Shown in pieces: positions 38,135 to 48,283 of a stretch of DNA of 64,000 nucleotides. Below the pieces are notes generated by a model that saw only the letters and a program-made list of their open reading frames with translations, had not been told where the DNA came from and ran no database searches. The DNA comes from Candidatus Tayloriibacteriota bacterium (GTDB lineage: Bacteria > Patescibacteriota > Minisyncoccia > Phycocordibacterales > CAIRYW01), in contig JAQBQZ010000012.1 of the NCBI GenBank assembly GCA_028286725.1, positions 5,562-69,561 of the forward strand, read 5' to 3'. A program made the position numbers and the translations under genes. Each line of letters starts with the position of its first letter. Within the stretch, counting starts at the first letter, position 1.

Positions 38135-39622
38135 TTACTTACTCTGATTGTGCGCAAAAGTTGAAATGATTTGTTCAGCTTCAGAAAAATCTTGTTTTCC
38201 TGAAATAGTAGAAATTATATAATTCATATCTGGATAACTATATACATCAACTTCTCCAAATTCACCATTACTATTCCAAACTAGATACGCACGATAAACT
38301 GAAGCTTCACCAATTTTTTTGACAGGCTCTTCGCTTAAAATATTGATATATTTGTTTTCCGCCAACTGATGGTAAAGATCTTTATAGTATTCAATATTTG
38401 TTCCATCATTTTTATAAGCAAGGATATTGATATATGTTGGTGTAACCTTTTTGCTGCTAGACACATATAGAGACGCTTCATCTCTATTCACAATAGAAAC
38501 GACAGCACTCTGAAGCAAAGGCTCTGGCGATACTCCCCAGTTTCTCGGATATTTAATACTAAATTCTGACTTTGAATCAGTGTATGTAAGTTCTGGATTT
38601 TTTATTATTTCGATCATTTGATCGTATCCGGCAGCAATCTCGGTCCTATGACTATACATAAAGTAGAATCCGAAGCAGAGTCCGACAACAAGCACGAGAA
38701 CCCCGAGAACTAAAGAAGTCTTTAATGATTTCTTAACACCATTTTGAGGCAATACATGATGATGCGGAGTTATTCGCTTAAAGATCTGGGCAGCAAAAAT
38801 AATCGCTAATGGAGCCAATATCCATAGACCAAATAATATTTGAAGCCCCAATCCAAAGAGCGGAATAAAAATACTTAAGATATTGAATAAAAATCCGGTC
38901 ACGAAGATTGCAATAAGAGAAATGACCATCCAGACAAAAATATTTAGAAAAATCATCCAGAATTTCCCTCTCGTTAGAGCAAAAGATTCCATAATATTTT
39001 TTATACCGATTTTCTTCTCAGATATAAGAATTGCAACCATTTGAGAAACTCTGACCGATAGAAAAACAAGAGCAAGGAAAAATATAACTGAAGATAAAAT
39101 ACCAAGATATGAATTAAGATACCCGAGACCTAAAGATACGGCAGCCACAACAGAAACAAACCCAAGCGCAATAAACCCAAAAACGATTGCATTCTTAATA
39201 TAGAGAGGAATTAGTTTTGCGGCTTTTTTGAATGCCTTGACCATAGATGGATCTGACATTTCGATTGACTGACTGAATATAGTTAAAGTAAAAATAGTCT
39301 TTAATATGAAAAGTACAAGACCGATTAGGATTCCAGCTAAAATAAACATCACAGGATGCTCTGTAACTGAAACAAGCTGTCCATCAGCAAACTTAGATAA
39401 TTGTGCCATCTCTTCAGACGAACGTGTGAAATTAAAGAGGATTTTAATGTTATCTAATCCCATATATACAATAAACAAAATAGCCAAAAGGATATACCCA
39501 AAAATAAGCGGCAAACTAGCCTTTATTATAAACTTTATATTTTTTCCAAAGTGACCAAATGTAGACTTCAAGACATCAAAAACATTGAGAGGATGGCTTG
39601 CTTCTGGGTTTCTATTTTCCAT
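38135..39622 (-). CDS. Polytopic membrane protein with a C-terminal PsbP-like domain
   Basis: About seven TM helices followed by Y.D...FSIKYP..W. Confidence 0.65.
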   Translation of the reverse strand: MENRNPEASHPLNVFDVLKSTFGHFGKNIKFIIKASLPLIFGYILLAILFIVYMGLDNIKILFNFTRSSEEMAQLSKFADGQLVSVTEHPVMFILAGILIGLVLFILKTIFTLTIFSQSIEMSDPSMVKAFKKAAKLIPLYIKNAIVFGFIALGFVSVVAAVSLGLGYLNSYLGILSSVIFFLALVFLSVRVSQMVAILISEKKIGIKNIMESFALTRGKFWMIFLNIFVWMVISLIAIFVTGFLFNILSIFIPLFGLGLQILFGLWILAPLAIIFAAQIFKRITPHHHVLPQNGVKKSLKTSLVLGVLVLVVGLCFGFYFMYSHRTEIAAGYDQMIEIIKNPELTYTDSKSEFSIKYPRNWGVSPEPLLQSAVVSIVNRDEASLYVSSSKKVTPTYINILAYKNDGTNIEYYKDLYHQLAENKYINILSEEPVKKIGEASVYRAYLVWNSNGEFGEVDVYSYPDMNYIISTISGKQDFSEAEQIISTFAHNQSK

Positions 39623-39749
39623 ATATATTTAATTATGATTACTACGCAATAATGACACAAAAATATACTTTAATCAAATTTATTTAGCAGTCACTGTTTA
39701 CAAACAAAGGGTTGCTTTTTGGACATAATTTCTGTATTCTCAAACATAA

Positions 39750-40592
39750 ATGAAACCAATCTACAAAAAAATATTTAATATTTTCCTATATATTTTCGCA
39801 GCTATCGGACTATTTCTTACACTCGGTTTTTTTGCTGTAAAATTAGGACTTACAAACACCAAAGGCATCATCGACCAACAGGTAGAATTCTTTCGTAATC
39901 AAGATAATACAGTCACAGTCGATACCACCCCTCGACCATGGAACCAGGGACCAGAATGGGAAAACTTTAGCGCGGCAATATCAAAAGACACGCAAGTATT
40001 AAAAAGAGTTGAAAGTGAGACGGGGGTACCTTCACGATTGATTATCTCAGCAGTTTTTGTTGAGCAGATGAGACTTTATTTTTCTGAACGACAAACATTC
40101 AAAGATCTTTTTGCTCCTCTCAAAATCCTCGGGACTCAAACTCAATTCTCACTTGGTGTTTCAGGCATTAAACAAAAGACAGCAGAACAAGTTGAGAATT
40201 ATTTGAAAGATCCTACTTCAGCATATTATCTCGGTGACAGCTTTGCACATTATCTTGATTTCAAAACAACCGATATTGAAAATGAAAGATTCGCGCGACT
40301 TACAGATTACAAAGATCGATACTATTCATATCTCTATACGGCAATCTATATCAAAGAGCTCGCAACAAGCTGGAAGAAAGCGGGATTTGATATATCAGGA
40401 AAACCAGAAATCCTCGCTACCCTCTTTAATATTGGATTTGAACACTCAGCACCCAATGCCACTCCGCAATCAGGAGGTGCAGAAATAGAAATCAATAATA
40501 CAAAATATAGCTTCGGATATCTCGCAGGAGAATTCTATTATTCAAACGAGCTTACAGCCGTATATCCAAAACAGGAGTTTATTTTAAAGTAA
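39750..40592 (+). CDS. Membrane-anchored hypothetical protein, possible lysozyme-like fold
   Basis: TM; SAVFVEQ, SLGVSGIK and ATLFNIG are reminiscent of lytic transglycosylase motifs. Confidence 0.55.
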   Translation: MKPIYKKIFNIFLYIFAAIGLFLTLGFFAVKLGLTNTKGIIDQQVEFFRNQDNTVTVDTTPRPWNQGPEWENFSAAISKDTQVLKRVESETGVPSRLIISAVFVEQMRLYFSERQTFKDLFAPLKILGTQTQFSLGVSGIKQKTAEQVENYLKDPTSAYYLGDSFAHYLDFKTTDIENERFARLTDYKDRYYSYLYTAIYIKELATSWKKAGFDISGKPEILATLFNIGFEHSAPNATPQSGGAEIEINNTKYSFGYLAGEFYYSNELTAVYPKQEFILK

Positions 40593-40684
40593 AATCTGTA
40601 GTCAGTTCGTATCAAAATAAAACACCCTTAGAGGTGTTTTATTTTGATACTTTAATTATAGATTTACAGCTGAAAAGAAAGCTT

Positions 40685-41650
40685 TTACTTCAACTTTTTG
40701 TAATGACCCATATATTCGCTGTACCAATCATATTTTGACCCAAATCCTGACGCAATCAATTCTATGCAAAGTTTTCCTGTTTTGTTATCAATATCCTTTT
40801 TCGGCGTTATTTCTACTATGTCCATTCCAATGACTTCGGAACTTTTACCAATATAATTTATTAAGTTGGTTATTTCACGATAAGACAAACTCCCAGACGT
40901 TGCCATCGCCGAAGCTGGAGCAAATTGCTCATCAATTGAATCCACATCTAAACTTATCCAAATATTATCAACTTTTTTCTTTAATAATTCAATATTTTTT
41001 GTAATAATGGAAAAGCCATTTTCTAAAATATCCAGCATCGTTATCCTAGAAATATTTTCATTTCTTATTAGGTCTATTTCTGCTTGATCCAAATCTTTGA
41101 GTCCAATATACAAAATGTTTTCTTTCTTGATTTTAGTTTTAACTAAATCCGTCAACCTTTTATCGCCAAAACCCAAAATCGCAGCCGAAGCCATTCCATG
41201 GACATTGCCCGAAAGAGAAGTTTCGTGAGTATTTATATCGCCATGCGCGTCAATCCAGATGACTCCCAAATTTCCGTCTACAGCTTCAGCCGCTCCTGCA
41301 ATTGTTCCTATAGAAATAGCGTGATCACCACCGATAGACAAAACCTTATTTTTTTCTAAAATCTCTTTCTTTACTATTTTATTTGCATCAGAAACAATGT
41401 CTAAAATATCGCTTAAATTATCTTCTTTGGTTTTATTATTTTTCCAAAAACTTTTCTTTGAGGCAGCAAGTTCCGGCAAAACATTAGTTTGAAACCCTGC
41501 AGACTCTAAAGCTTCTTTCAGACCAAGTTTCAATAAATATTTTGGCGCATCCGCCATATCAGAATTATCTGAACCAATATTTAAAGGAATGGATAAAATT
41601 GAAATTTTTTTACTAGATATTTTATTCTCCAAAAAACTTAAACTATCCAT
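40685..41650 (-). CDS. Arginase family ureohydrolase
   Basis: GGDHAISIG, WIDAHGDIN, SGNVHGM, SLDVDSID. Confidence 0.92.
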   Translation of the reverse strand: MDSLSFLENKISSKKISILSIPLNIGSDNSDMADAPKYLLKLGLKEALESAGFQTNVLPELAASKKSFWKNNKTKEDNLSDILDIVSDANKIVKKEILEKNKVLSIGGDHAISIGTIAGAAEAVDGNLGVIWIDAHGDINTHETSLSGNVHGMASAAILGFGDKRLTDLVKTKIKKENILYIGLKDLDQAEIDLIRNENISRITMLDILENGFSIITKNIELLKKKVDNIWISLDVDSIDEQFAPASAMATSGSLSYREITNLINYIGKSSEVIGMDIVEITPKKDIDNKTGKLCIELIASGFGSKYDWYSEYMGHYKKLK

Positions 41651-41699
41651 AATTAAATTATTTTATTAGAGTTAGATCTTTTCAAAAAGTTACCACTAG

Positions 41700-41773
41700 T
41701 GCGCATGCATGGACTCGAACCATGGACCCCAAAGGTATAAGCTTTGTGCTCTAACCAACTGAGCTACACGCGC
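41700..41773 (-). tRNA. tRNA-Ile(TAT)
   Basis: GCGCGTG...CATGCGC-A, anticodon arm CAAAG-CTTATAC-CTTTG. Confidence 0.92.
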
Positions 41774-41854
41774 ATATGGGTGTTATATTAGCCTAAAATA
41801 ACATAAGGATCAATGCGCATTTATACTAGACAACACCCGATTTAACATTACTAT

Positions 41855-43813
41855 TTATGCAACAATCTCTGCTTTTCCTTCCTCGATAGTCTCCTTTTTC
41901 TTCAATGGAATTCCGTGCGCCACAATAATACTCTCGTATTCTGCCTGCTCGATCACTTCAACTTCAATAAGTCGTCGTGTGATTGCCTCAAGTACATTTC
42001 TATATTTAATCACGATGTCTTCGGCTTTCTTGAGCGCATTATGAATGATGAGCGACACTTCAGAATCGATCTCAGCACTCACTCTTTCTGAATATCCATT
42101 GTCTTCCACACCTCGCCCAAAGAGCACTCGTCCTCCTGCACCTTCTAAAGCAATTGGTCCTAGCTTGTCTGACATTCCATATTTGGTCACCATGTCTCGA
42201 GCAAGAGCCGTTGATACCTGAAGATCGTTTGATGGTCCTGTTGTGACATCTCCATAGATCATCTTTTCTACTACATATCCACCAAGTGACATTGCAATAT
42301 CATCCAAGAATTCATTTCGAGATTGCATTTTTTTGTCTTCAAGCGGAAGCTTCATTGTATACCCCGCAGCTCGTCCACGTGAGATGATCGAGATCTTGTG
42401 TACTGGATCTGCATATGGGAGCACAGATGCAACAAGCGCATGTCCCGCTTCGTGATATGCAGTAAGTTCCTTTTCTTTTTTACTCAATAGGTGACTTTTT
42501 CTTTCAGGTCCCATCATTACTTTCTCGATTGATCGAATGAGGTCATACTGTGCAACTTTTGTTCTGTTTTCTCTTGCAGCAAGGATTGCACCTTCGTTCA
42601 TAAGCGACTGAAGATCTGCACCAGAAAATCCTGGAGTTCTTTCTGCAATAAGAGGGAGGTTCACATCTTCGGCAAAAGGTTTTTCTCGGCTGTGAACTCG
42701 AAGTATCTCTTCACGATCTTTTCGATCTGGAAGATCAATAGTAACTCGTCGATCAAATCGTCCCGGTCGAAGGAGTGCAGGATCGAGAACATCCGCTCTG
42801 TTTGTAGCAGCCATTACAATAACCTTTTCGTTGGGTTCAAATCCATCCATTTCAACGAGAATTTGGTTGAGAGTTTGCTCTCGCTCATCGTTTCCTCCTC
42901 CTGTCCCTACACCTCGCACTCGCCCAACAGCATCGATCTCATCGATGAAGATGATTGCAGGCGCTGTCGCCTTTGCCATTTTGAAAAGATCTCGCACACG
43001 ACTCGCACCCACACCGACGAACATTTCAACGAATTCAGCACCTGATACAGAGAAAAATGATACTCCAGCTTCTCCAGCCACCGCTCGTGCAAGAAGTGTC
43101 TTTCCTGTTCCTGGCTGACCCATAAGAAGAATTCCTTTCGGGATTCGCGCGCCAATATCTAAAAACTTTTTAGGATTTTTGAGGAAGTCCACGATTTCTG
43201 ACAATTCTTCTTTTGCTTCTTTTGCACCCGCGACATCTTTGAACGTTACCTTTTGCTTTCCATCTTCAGGACTCGTAAGTCGTGCTCTCGACTGTCCAAA
43301 TGAAAACGCTTGCGCACCAGCACCCCGCATTGATCGTGAGAGATACCAAACAAAAAGAAGAATAAATAATATAGGAAGAATTATTGGTGCAAGGTTAGCA
43401 AACCAGAAAATAAATCCAGTATCACTTTTGACATCAATATTTACTTTTGAAAGCTCATCCCCTGTCACACCATAGTTGAACATTGTTTGTGAAAGAGAAC
43501 TTTCCACTTCCTTCTTTGAGGTCTTTTCTGTACTGTCAGCATACTTTGCAGTTACTGTATCCCCCTCAACAGTGAGTGATGTTACCTTTGCCTCTTTAAT
43601 GTCTCGCGCCAGCTCAGAGAGATTAACATCAGTTTTTTTGTCAGATGTACTAGTGAGATACGGATACGAGACCACAAGAATACCCAAAAAGACGAATATG
43701 AGGATAATATTTTTAATAAAATCCCTTTTCATCTCAGTTTTCTTAGGCATTTTTGGACCCTTTCCTTTTGGCTGACCTTCGTTTTTATGTTGTTTGTTTT
43801 CTTTGTTTTCCAT
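41855..43813 (-). CDS. ftsH: ATP-dependent zinc metalloprotease FtsH
   Basis: Two TM helices, [33 protein letters not shown]. Confidence 0.98.
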   Translation of the reverse strand: MENKENKQHKNEGQPKGKGPKMPKKTEMKRDFIKNIILIFVFLGILVVSYPYLTSTSDKKTDVNLSELARDIKEAKVTSLTVEGDTVTAKYADSTEKTSKKEVESSLSQTMFNYGVTGDELSKVNIDVKSDTGFIFWFANLAPIILPILFILLFVWYLSRSMRGAGAQAFSFGQSRARLTSPEDGKQKVTFKDVAGAKEAKEELSEIVDFLKNPKKFLDIGARIPKGILLMGQPGTGKTLLARAVAGEAGVSFFSVSGAEFVEMFVGVGASRVRDLFKMAKATAPAIIFIDEIDAVGRVRGVGTGGGNDEREQTLNQILVEMDGFEPNEKVIVMAATNRADVLDPALLRPGRFDRRVTIDLPDRKDREEILRVHSREKPFAEDVNLPLIAERTPGFSGADLQSLMNEGAILAARENRTKVAQYDLIRSIEKVMMGPERKSHLLSKKEKELTAYHEAGHALVASVLPYADPVHKISIISRGRAAGYTMKLPLEDKKMQSRNEFLDDIAMSLGGYVVEKMIYGDVTTGPSNDLQVSTALARDMVTKYGMSDKLGPIALEGAGGRVLFGRGVEDNGYSERVSAEIDSEVSLIIHNALKKAEDIVIKYRNVLEAITRRLIEVEVIEQAEYESIIVAHGIPLKKKETIEEGKAEIVA

Positions 43814-43953
43814 CCTGGTAGAAAATTATAGTTCACTTAGTAAATACTTGCCCTTTATTTCAATGTCTAAATCAGTCTTATTCTGTAATATATACCCCAT
43901 TTTCCCAATAGAACAAGCCCTTCTATTATAGTCAAAAAAAGAATAATTGCGAA

Positions 43954-44601
43954 CTATTCATCCCCCTCTTCATCACCATCTAAGTCTTCTATATCTTCGT
44001 CTTCGTACTCATCCTCATCATCATATTGTGGAGCAATATTTTGCCCTTTTCGCGACATTGAAGCATATGCAAGGAGCTGTTTTGAAAGTCCTCGGGCCAG
44101 GGGTGAGCTAATGACAGGTATCAAGAACTTGCTTGCTCTCACTTTATTATTGGAATCACTTCGATCATCTGCGGTCACAATATCAAGTTCAGCTACTCCA
44201 AAAAAGAGATAATGATACGGACGAGAGATTGTCACCTTGCTGATCTGCTGATACGGGATCGTAGTCTCATGAATAAAAAAGAGGCCACGCCTCAAATGAA
44301 ATGCGTGTTCATCAAGTTTGAATTTGTAACTTCGATAATGAACATTTCCAACCAAATATCCAACAATAATAACTGAAATACCAAGAAGAACCGTCCATTC
44401 AGAGATCATAAAATCATCTATGTACCAAGTGCTATGACTTTCGAGAAAAGAGGTTGTCATTGCCTTAAGTCTTCCAAAATACATTTCGTAAGAAAGGAAG
44501 ATAAGACCAAGTCCGCTAATTATAAAAAACCAAGCGTGCACAATAAACAAATAAAAGAGCGCTCTTCCACCGCATTTGTAATTTTGTTCGAGTTCAAACA
44601 T
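43954..44601 (-). CDS. Bacterial PH-domain membrane protein
   Basis: Two TM helices, RRGLF...TTIPYQQI, FGVAELDIVTA; acidic tail. Confidence 0.75.
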   Translation of the reverse strand: MFELEQNYKCGGRALFYLFIVHAWFFIISGLGLIFLSYEMYFGRLKAMTTSFLESHSTWYIDDFMISEWTVLLGISVIIVGYLVGNVHYRSYKFKLDEHAFHLRRGLFFIHETTIPYQQISKVTISRPYHYLFFGVAELDIVTADDRSDSNNKVRASKFLIPVISSPLARGLSKQLLAYASMSRKGQNIAPQYDDEDEYEDEDIEDLDGDEEGDE

Positions 44602-44672
44602 ATATATAGTATAAAGGAGAAAGTCGAAAGTCGAAAGTCATAGAAGATATCATCTTGTGATATTATAGACCA

Positions 44673-45440
44673 ATGCAAAACTACCAAAAAGAACTCGAAA
44701 CGGCTATAAATATCGCTCACGAAGCGGGACCAATAATACTCAAATATTTTGATATAGATCAAGAGATTGAACAAAAAGAAGATAAAACTTTTGTTACTAT
44801 CGCTGACAAATTGATCAATACAATGGTAATAGAAAAACTCAAAGAATCATTCCCCGAAGATGGAGTGATCGGTGAAGAAGAAAGTACTGCAGAATACGGA
44901 ATGGGACGAAAGTGGATCTGTGATCCGATAGATGGAACTGCAGGATATATCTGGGGCACTCCAACTGCGATGTTCTCACTTGCACTATGTGTTGATGGCG
45001 TACCTATTGTCGGCGTTGCATTTGATCCTTTCCTTAACAAAATGTATACAGCAATAAAAGGTGGTAAAAGCTTTTGCAATGAAAAGGAATTAAAAGTTTC
45101 AAACAAAGATTTGCAAACTGGAATATTCGCAGTCAGTGGAAGCATCAAGAGTCTTCCAAAGACAAAATACTATCAAAGAATGATCGATGACAAAGTGAGG
45201 CTTGCGGCATTTTCTGGAGCGGTATACAAACCTTGCCTCATCGCTAGAGGCAGACTTGTCGGATATGCAGAATATGGAATCAATCCCCACGATATCGCGG
45301 CAGCGCACCTCATTGTAGAAAATGCTGGCGGCAGAGTAACAGCCATAGACGGTTCCCCTCTCGATTATTCAAAACCATTCAAAGGCGCCATTCTTTCAAA
45401 CGGAGTCGTACACGACAAAGTTGTAGAATATTGTAAATAA
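44673..45440 (+). CDS. Inositol monophosphatase family protein
   Basis: GEE, WICDPIDGT, HDIAAA.LIVENAGG. Confidence 0.93.
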   Translation: MQNYQKELETAINIAHEAGPIILKYFDIDQEIEQKEDKTFVTIADKLINTMVIEKLKESFPEDGVIGEEESTAEYGMGRKWICDPIDGTAGYIWGTPTAMFSLALCVDGVPIVGVAFDPFLNKMYTAIKGGKSFCNEKELKVSNKDLQTGIFAVSGSIKSLPKTKYYQRMIDDKVRLAAFSGAVYKPCLIARGRLVGYAEYGINPHDIAAAHLIVENAGGRVTAIDGSPLDYSKPFKGAILSNGVVHDKVVEYCK

Positions 45441-45492
45441 AAAAGGTCTCATCCGAAGATGAGGCCTTTATGAACACTAAAAGAAGATACTG

Positions 45493-45873
45493 CTAGGCAG
45501 CCGCCAAAGACTTTGGACGCCCATACCGTAACCGAATTGCGCTTGCAATAGCACCCTTGAGGAGGCGATTGTAATCGCTGTTATTAGCCAGGTTCTGCAA
45601 ACACTTCCAGTGGAATCGCAGCTTACCGCGATGCATGTTGGTCTCACAACTCCAAGACCAATCTTTGGTCTGAGGAGCATGGGCCCCGATTGAGAAGGAG
45701 ATTGTACCGTGAGCACGAGTACCGCTCCCAAACTGAGCACCAGAAGGAGTTGTGCACTGTGAGATCTTGATTTCTCCGATACTCACTTCTCCTTTTTGTT
45801 TTGGGGTGCGATGACGAGGAAATCCACGATCTTTTTGGCGACGGTGACGAGCGCTGTGTTTCTTGTTTTTCAT
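45493..45873 (-). CDS. Basic hypothetical protein ending LAAA
   Basis: 126-aa ORF from MKNKK, Arg/Lys-rich N-terminus; divergent from ssrA. Confidence 0.5.
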   Translation of the reverse strand: MKNKKHSARHRRQKDRGFPRHRTPKQKGEVSIGEIKISQCTTPSGAQFGSGTRAHGTISFSIGAHAPQTKDWSWSCETNMHRGKLRFHWKCLQNLANNSDYNRLLKGAIASAIRLRYGRPKSLAAA

Positions 45874-46015
45874 TGGGATGTTGGGTGAGAAGTCTAACTT
45901 CAAAAAATAAAACCAGACTTCTCACTCGACATCCTTTTATCGTACAGACTGCTCACTTTATAGCACATACCAACATTATTGTAAAACACCTCAAAATGTG
46001 CTATAATATAGGTAT

Positions 46016-46407
46016 GGGGATGACAGGCATAGACATGTAGATCCTTCATTAATGTGCGCAATCGAGTATCCTAAAACCTCGTAAAACTTATAGGAAACTC
46101 AAGTGCAAACGCACGAAAAGTTGTTTCTCCATATTTTGGAGCAAACGATTTTGCTTTCGCAACAGCTCGAGCATAGCTCGCTGAAGCTTTAAGCCATCTG
46201 ACTTCTTTGCTCTCTCTGGGAGAAGCTCAGGTGTAATACTCAGAGGATAGGATAGGGGCATTCCCGTCCCCTCTCCGAAACTTGGGATAGTTGTATATGT
46301 GTTCTGCTTTTCTAAAAGCATATGCAGCGAAACCAAAAGAGAAGATACATTGCGTAGACTCATTTCTGAAATTTACATGCACGGGGGTTCGATTCCGCCC
46401 ATCTCCA
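46016..46407 (+). ncRNA. ssrA: tmRNA
   Basis: GGGGATG/CATCTCC-A acceptor stem with G3-U, T arm GGTTCGATTCC, tag frame ANARKVVSPYFGANDFAFATARA* at 46105-46176, upstream TGnTATAAT. Confidence 0.93.
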
Positions 46408-46761
46408 CACAACAGAAAGCCCTTGCTTTGCAAGGGCTTTCTGTTTGAGAAGTTTGAAAATTAAAAATCCGCAACAGACTAAGGTCTCTTGCGGGATGCG
46501 ACTCTTCGGCTTATTTTTGAACTGGTAGCCAGTCTCTTAAGAAGAACAGGACGTGCCCGTGTGGACTTGACTGTTCGACAACAATCAATGATTCGGCATA
46601 CCCTTTCCGCATGCCTCAACTCTGAAGTGAATGGGTCTTTTTTTGCTTTCATACCAGGAGTGATAGTAGCATTTTTAATATCTAATTCAAGCACAAAATG
46701 CAACTCAAAAAACTTATTCCTTTAAGATGCGAATCATTCACAACCCTGCTATACTTTTCTC

Positions 46762-47292
46762 ATGAAATTCACATTCGTACGACATGGAGAAACAGATTAT
46801 AACAAACGAAAAGTTATGACGGGACAATATGATGCCCCATTAAATGAAGAGGGAAAAGAACAAGCAAGACTTGAAACTGAACGACTACCAAATGACTTTG
46901 ATGTTATATTTTCTTCATCACTTAGCAGAGCACGAGAGACCGCAGACATTATCAACCAAAATCTCAATCTCCCAATCGTTATTACGGATCTCATTACTGA
47001 AAGAGATTTTGGATCACTCGTTGGAAAAACATGGGATGAAATGGAAAGCGGATATATACCCAATGCAAGAAAAATAGACAAGGAACAGAAATATGATTAT
47101 CGTCCTTTTGGAGGCGAATCTGCGGAACAGGTGTCTCAAAGACTTTCAAAATTTATTGAAGATACAAAAACAGGGTCATACAAAAATCCACTTGTTGTCT
47201 GTCATGGAGGTATAATCAGAATGCTCTACGCTCGTGAAGGAAAAGCTTTTGAACATATTGAAAATGCAGTCACCCAAGAGTTTGATTTGTAA
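46762..47292 (+). CDS. Histidine phosphatase family protein
   Basis: RHGET, SS.L.RA.ETA, GGES, HGG. Confidence 0.92.
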   Translation: MKFTFVRHGETDYNKRKVMTGQYDAPLNEEGKEQARLETERLPNDFDVIFSSSLSRARETADIINQNLNLPIVITDLITERDFGSLVGKTWDEMESGYIPNARKIDKEQKYDYRPFGGESAEQVSQRLSKFIEDTKTGSYKNPLVVCHGGIIRMLYAREGKAFEHIENAVTQEFDL

Positions 47293-47320
47293 TTAATATC
47301 TAGTCCTAACTCCTCTGACA

Positions 47321-47525
47321 CCTCTCCGCAAATAGAAAAACCCGCTTCACTTTTTTAGTGAAGCGATTTTTATTTATGGAGATGAAAAAGTACTAAACGC
47401 ACTTTTGTGGCGGAATCGAAAGCCGGAATACAAAATTTTCAGAATAAAATTTTACGAGGCTGGGTCGCGAGTGAATATTTGCGATGGCAAATATTAAGCT
47501 TGTGCCCGACTCCGCCCATCACCAT
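47321..47525. repeat. tmRNA-3'-end-mirroring structured element, copy C
   Basis: ggagatg-[24-nt hairpin]-ggcggaatcgaa (47378-47420) is the reverse complement of the tmRNA 3' end; direct copy cgactccgcccatcacca at 47507-47524. Confidence 0.75.
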
Positions 47526-47584
47526 AATCCTCGTGCTAATCATGTTATAATAATCCAAGTTAGATTATTAAATAAATTATAATT

Positions 47585-48190
47585 ATGAATAAAAATACTT
47601 TAGGATTAGTGATTGCAGCTGTTGTGGTTATCGTAGGCCTTGCTTTAATTTTGAATAAATCAGAGACTTCAAAAGACAAAACTTCTTCTGAAGTAGTTGC
47701 TACAAGCACCGTTTCAGGGGCTCCGCAAAATACAACTGGATCAAATAAGACAACTACAGTAAGTAACAATCAGAATTTAAAGACTGGTGCAACTCCGTCT
47801 CCATCAAATGTAATTAATCTTCCTCCAACTACATTGAAACGATTGATTGCAAATGGTCAACCGTTGAAGTGTACATTCACAGACAGTGGTGCAATGTCTA
47901 CTATAGACGGCACAGTCTATGTTACAAACACTAAAATACGTGCAGATCTAAATGTTAGTTATGCAGGCACTACTCGACTTCATGAAATAATCTTGGGTGA
48001 AAATAGTTACACATGGGCAGATGCAACAACTACGGGCACACAATCGACGTTAGCAAAATCTTCAACGCCAACTGCTACACCAAGCAAGAATGGATTAAAT
48101 GCTGATAAAAGTATTAATTATAGATGTGATAAATGGGTTGTAGATTCTTCCAAGTTTGTCCTCCCTCCTACTGTGACTTTCGCTCAGTAA
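47585..48190 (+). CDS. Membrane-anchored hypothetical protein
   Basis: N-terminal TM, Thr/Ser linker, Cys pair (LKCTF, YRCDKW...F.LP). Confidence 0.75.
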   Translation: MNKNTLGLVIAAVVVIVGLALILNKSETSKDKTSSEVVATSTVSGAPQNTTGSNKTTTVSNNQNLKTGATPSPSNVINLPPTTLKRLIANGQPLKCTFTDSGAMSTIDGTVYVTNTKIRADLNVSYAGTTRLHEIILGENSYTWADATTTGTQSTLAKSSTPTATPSKNGLNADKSINYRCDKWVVDSSKFVLPPTVTFAQ

Positions 48191-48283
48191 TCATAAAAGA
48201 ACAACAAAATAAAACCACGCCTTAAGGTGTGGTTTTATTTTTGGTTTAAAGCTAGAGCTGCGGGAATTTATTCTGTCTATTTT

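Noticed and set aside
46088-46433. Minus-strand ORFs at 46088-46363 and 46227-46433
   Set aside because: They are antisense to tmRNA.
3269-48243. Many long perfect hairpins as a single repeat family
   Set aside because: They share no sequence, sit at gene ends and have A/T tails, so ordinary intrinsic terminators explain them.
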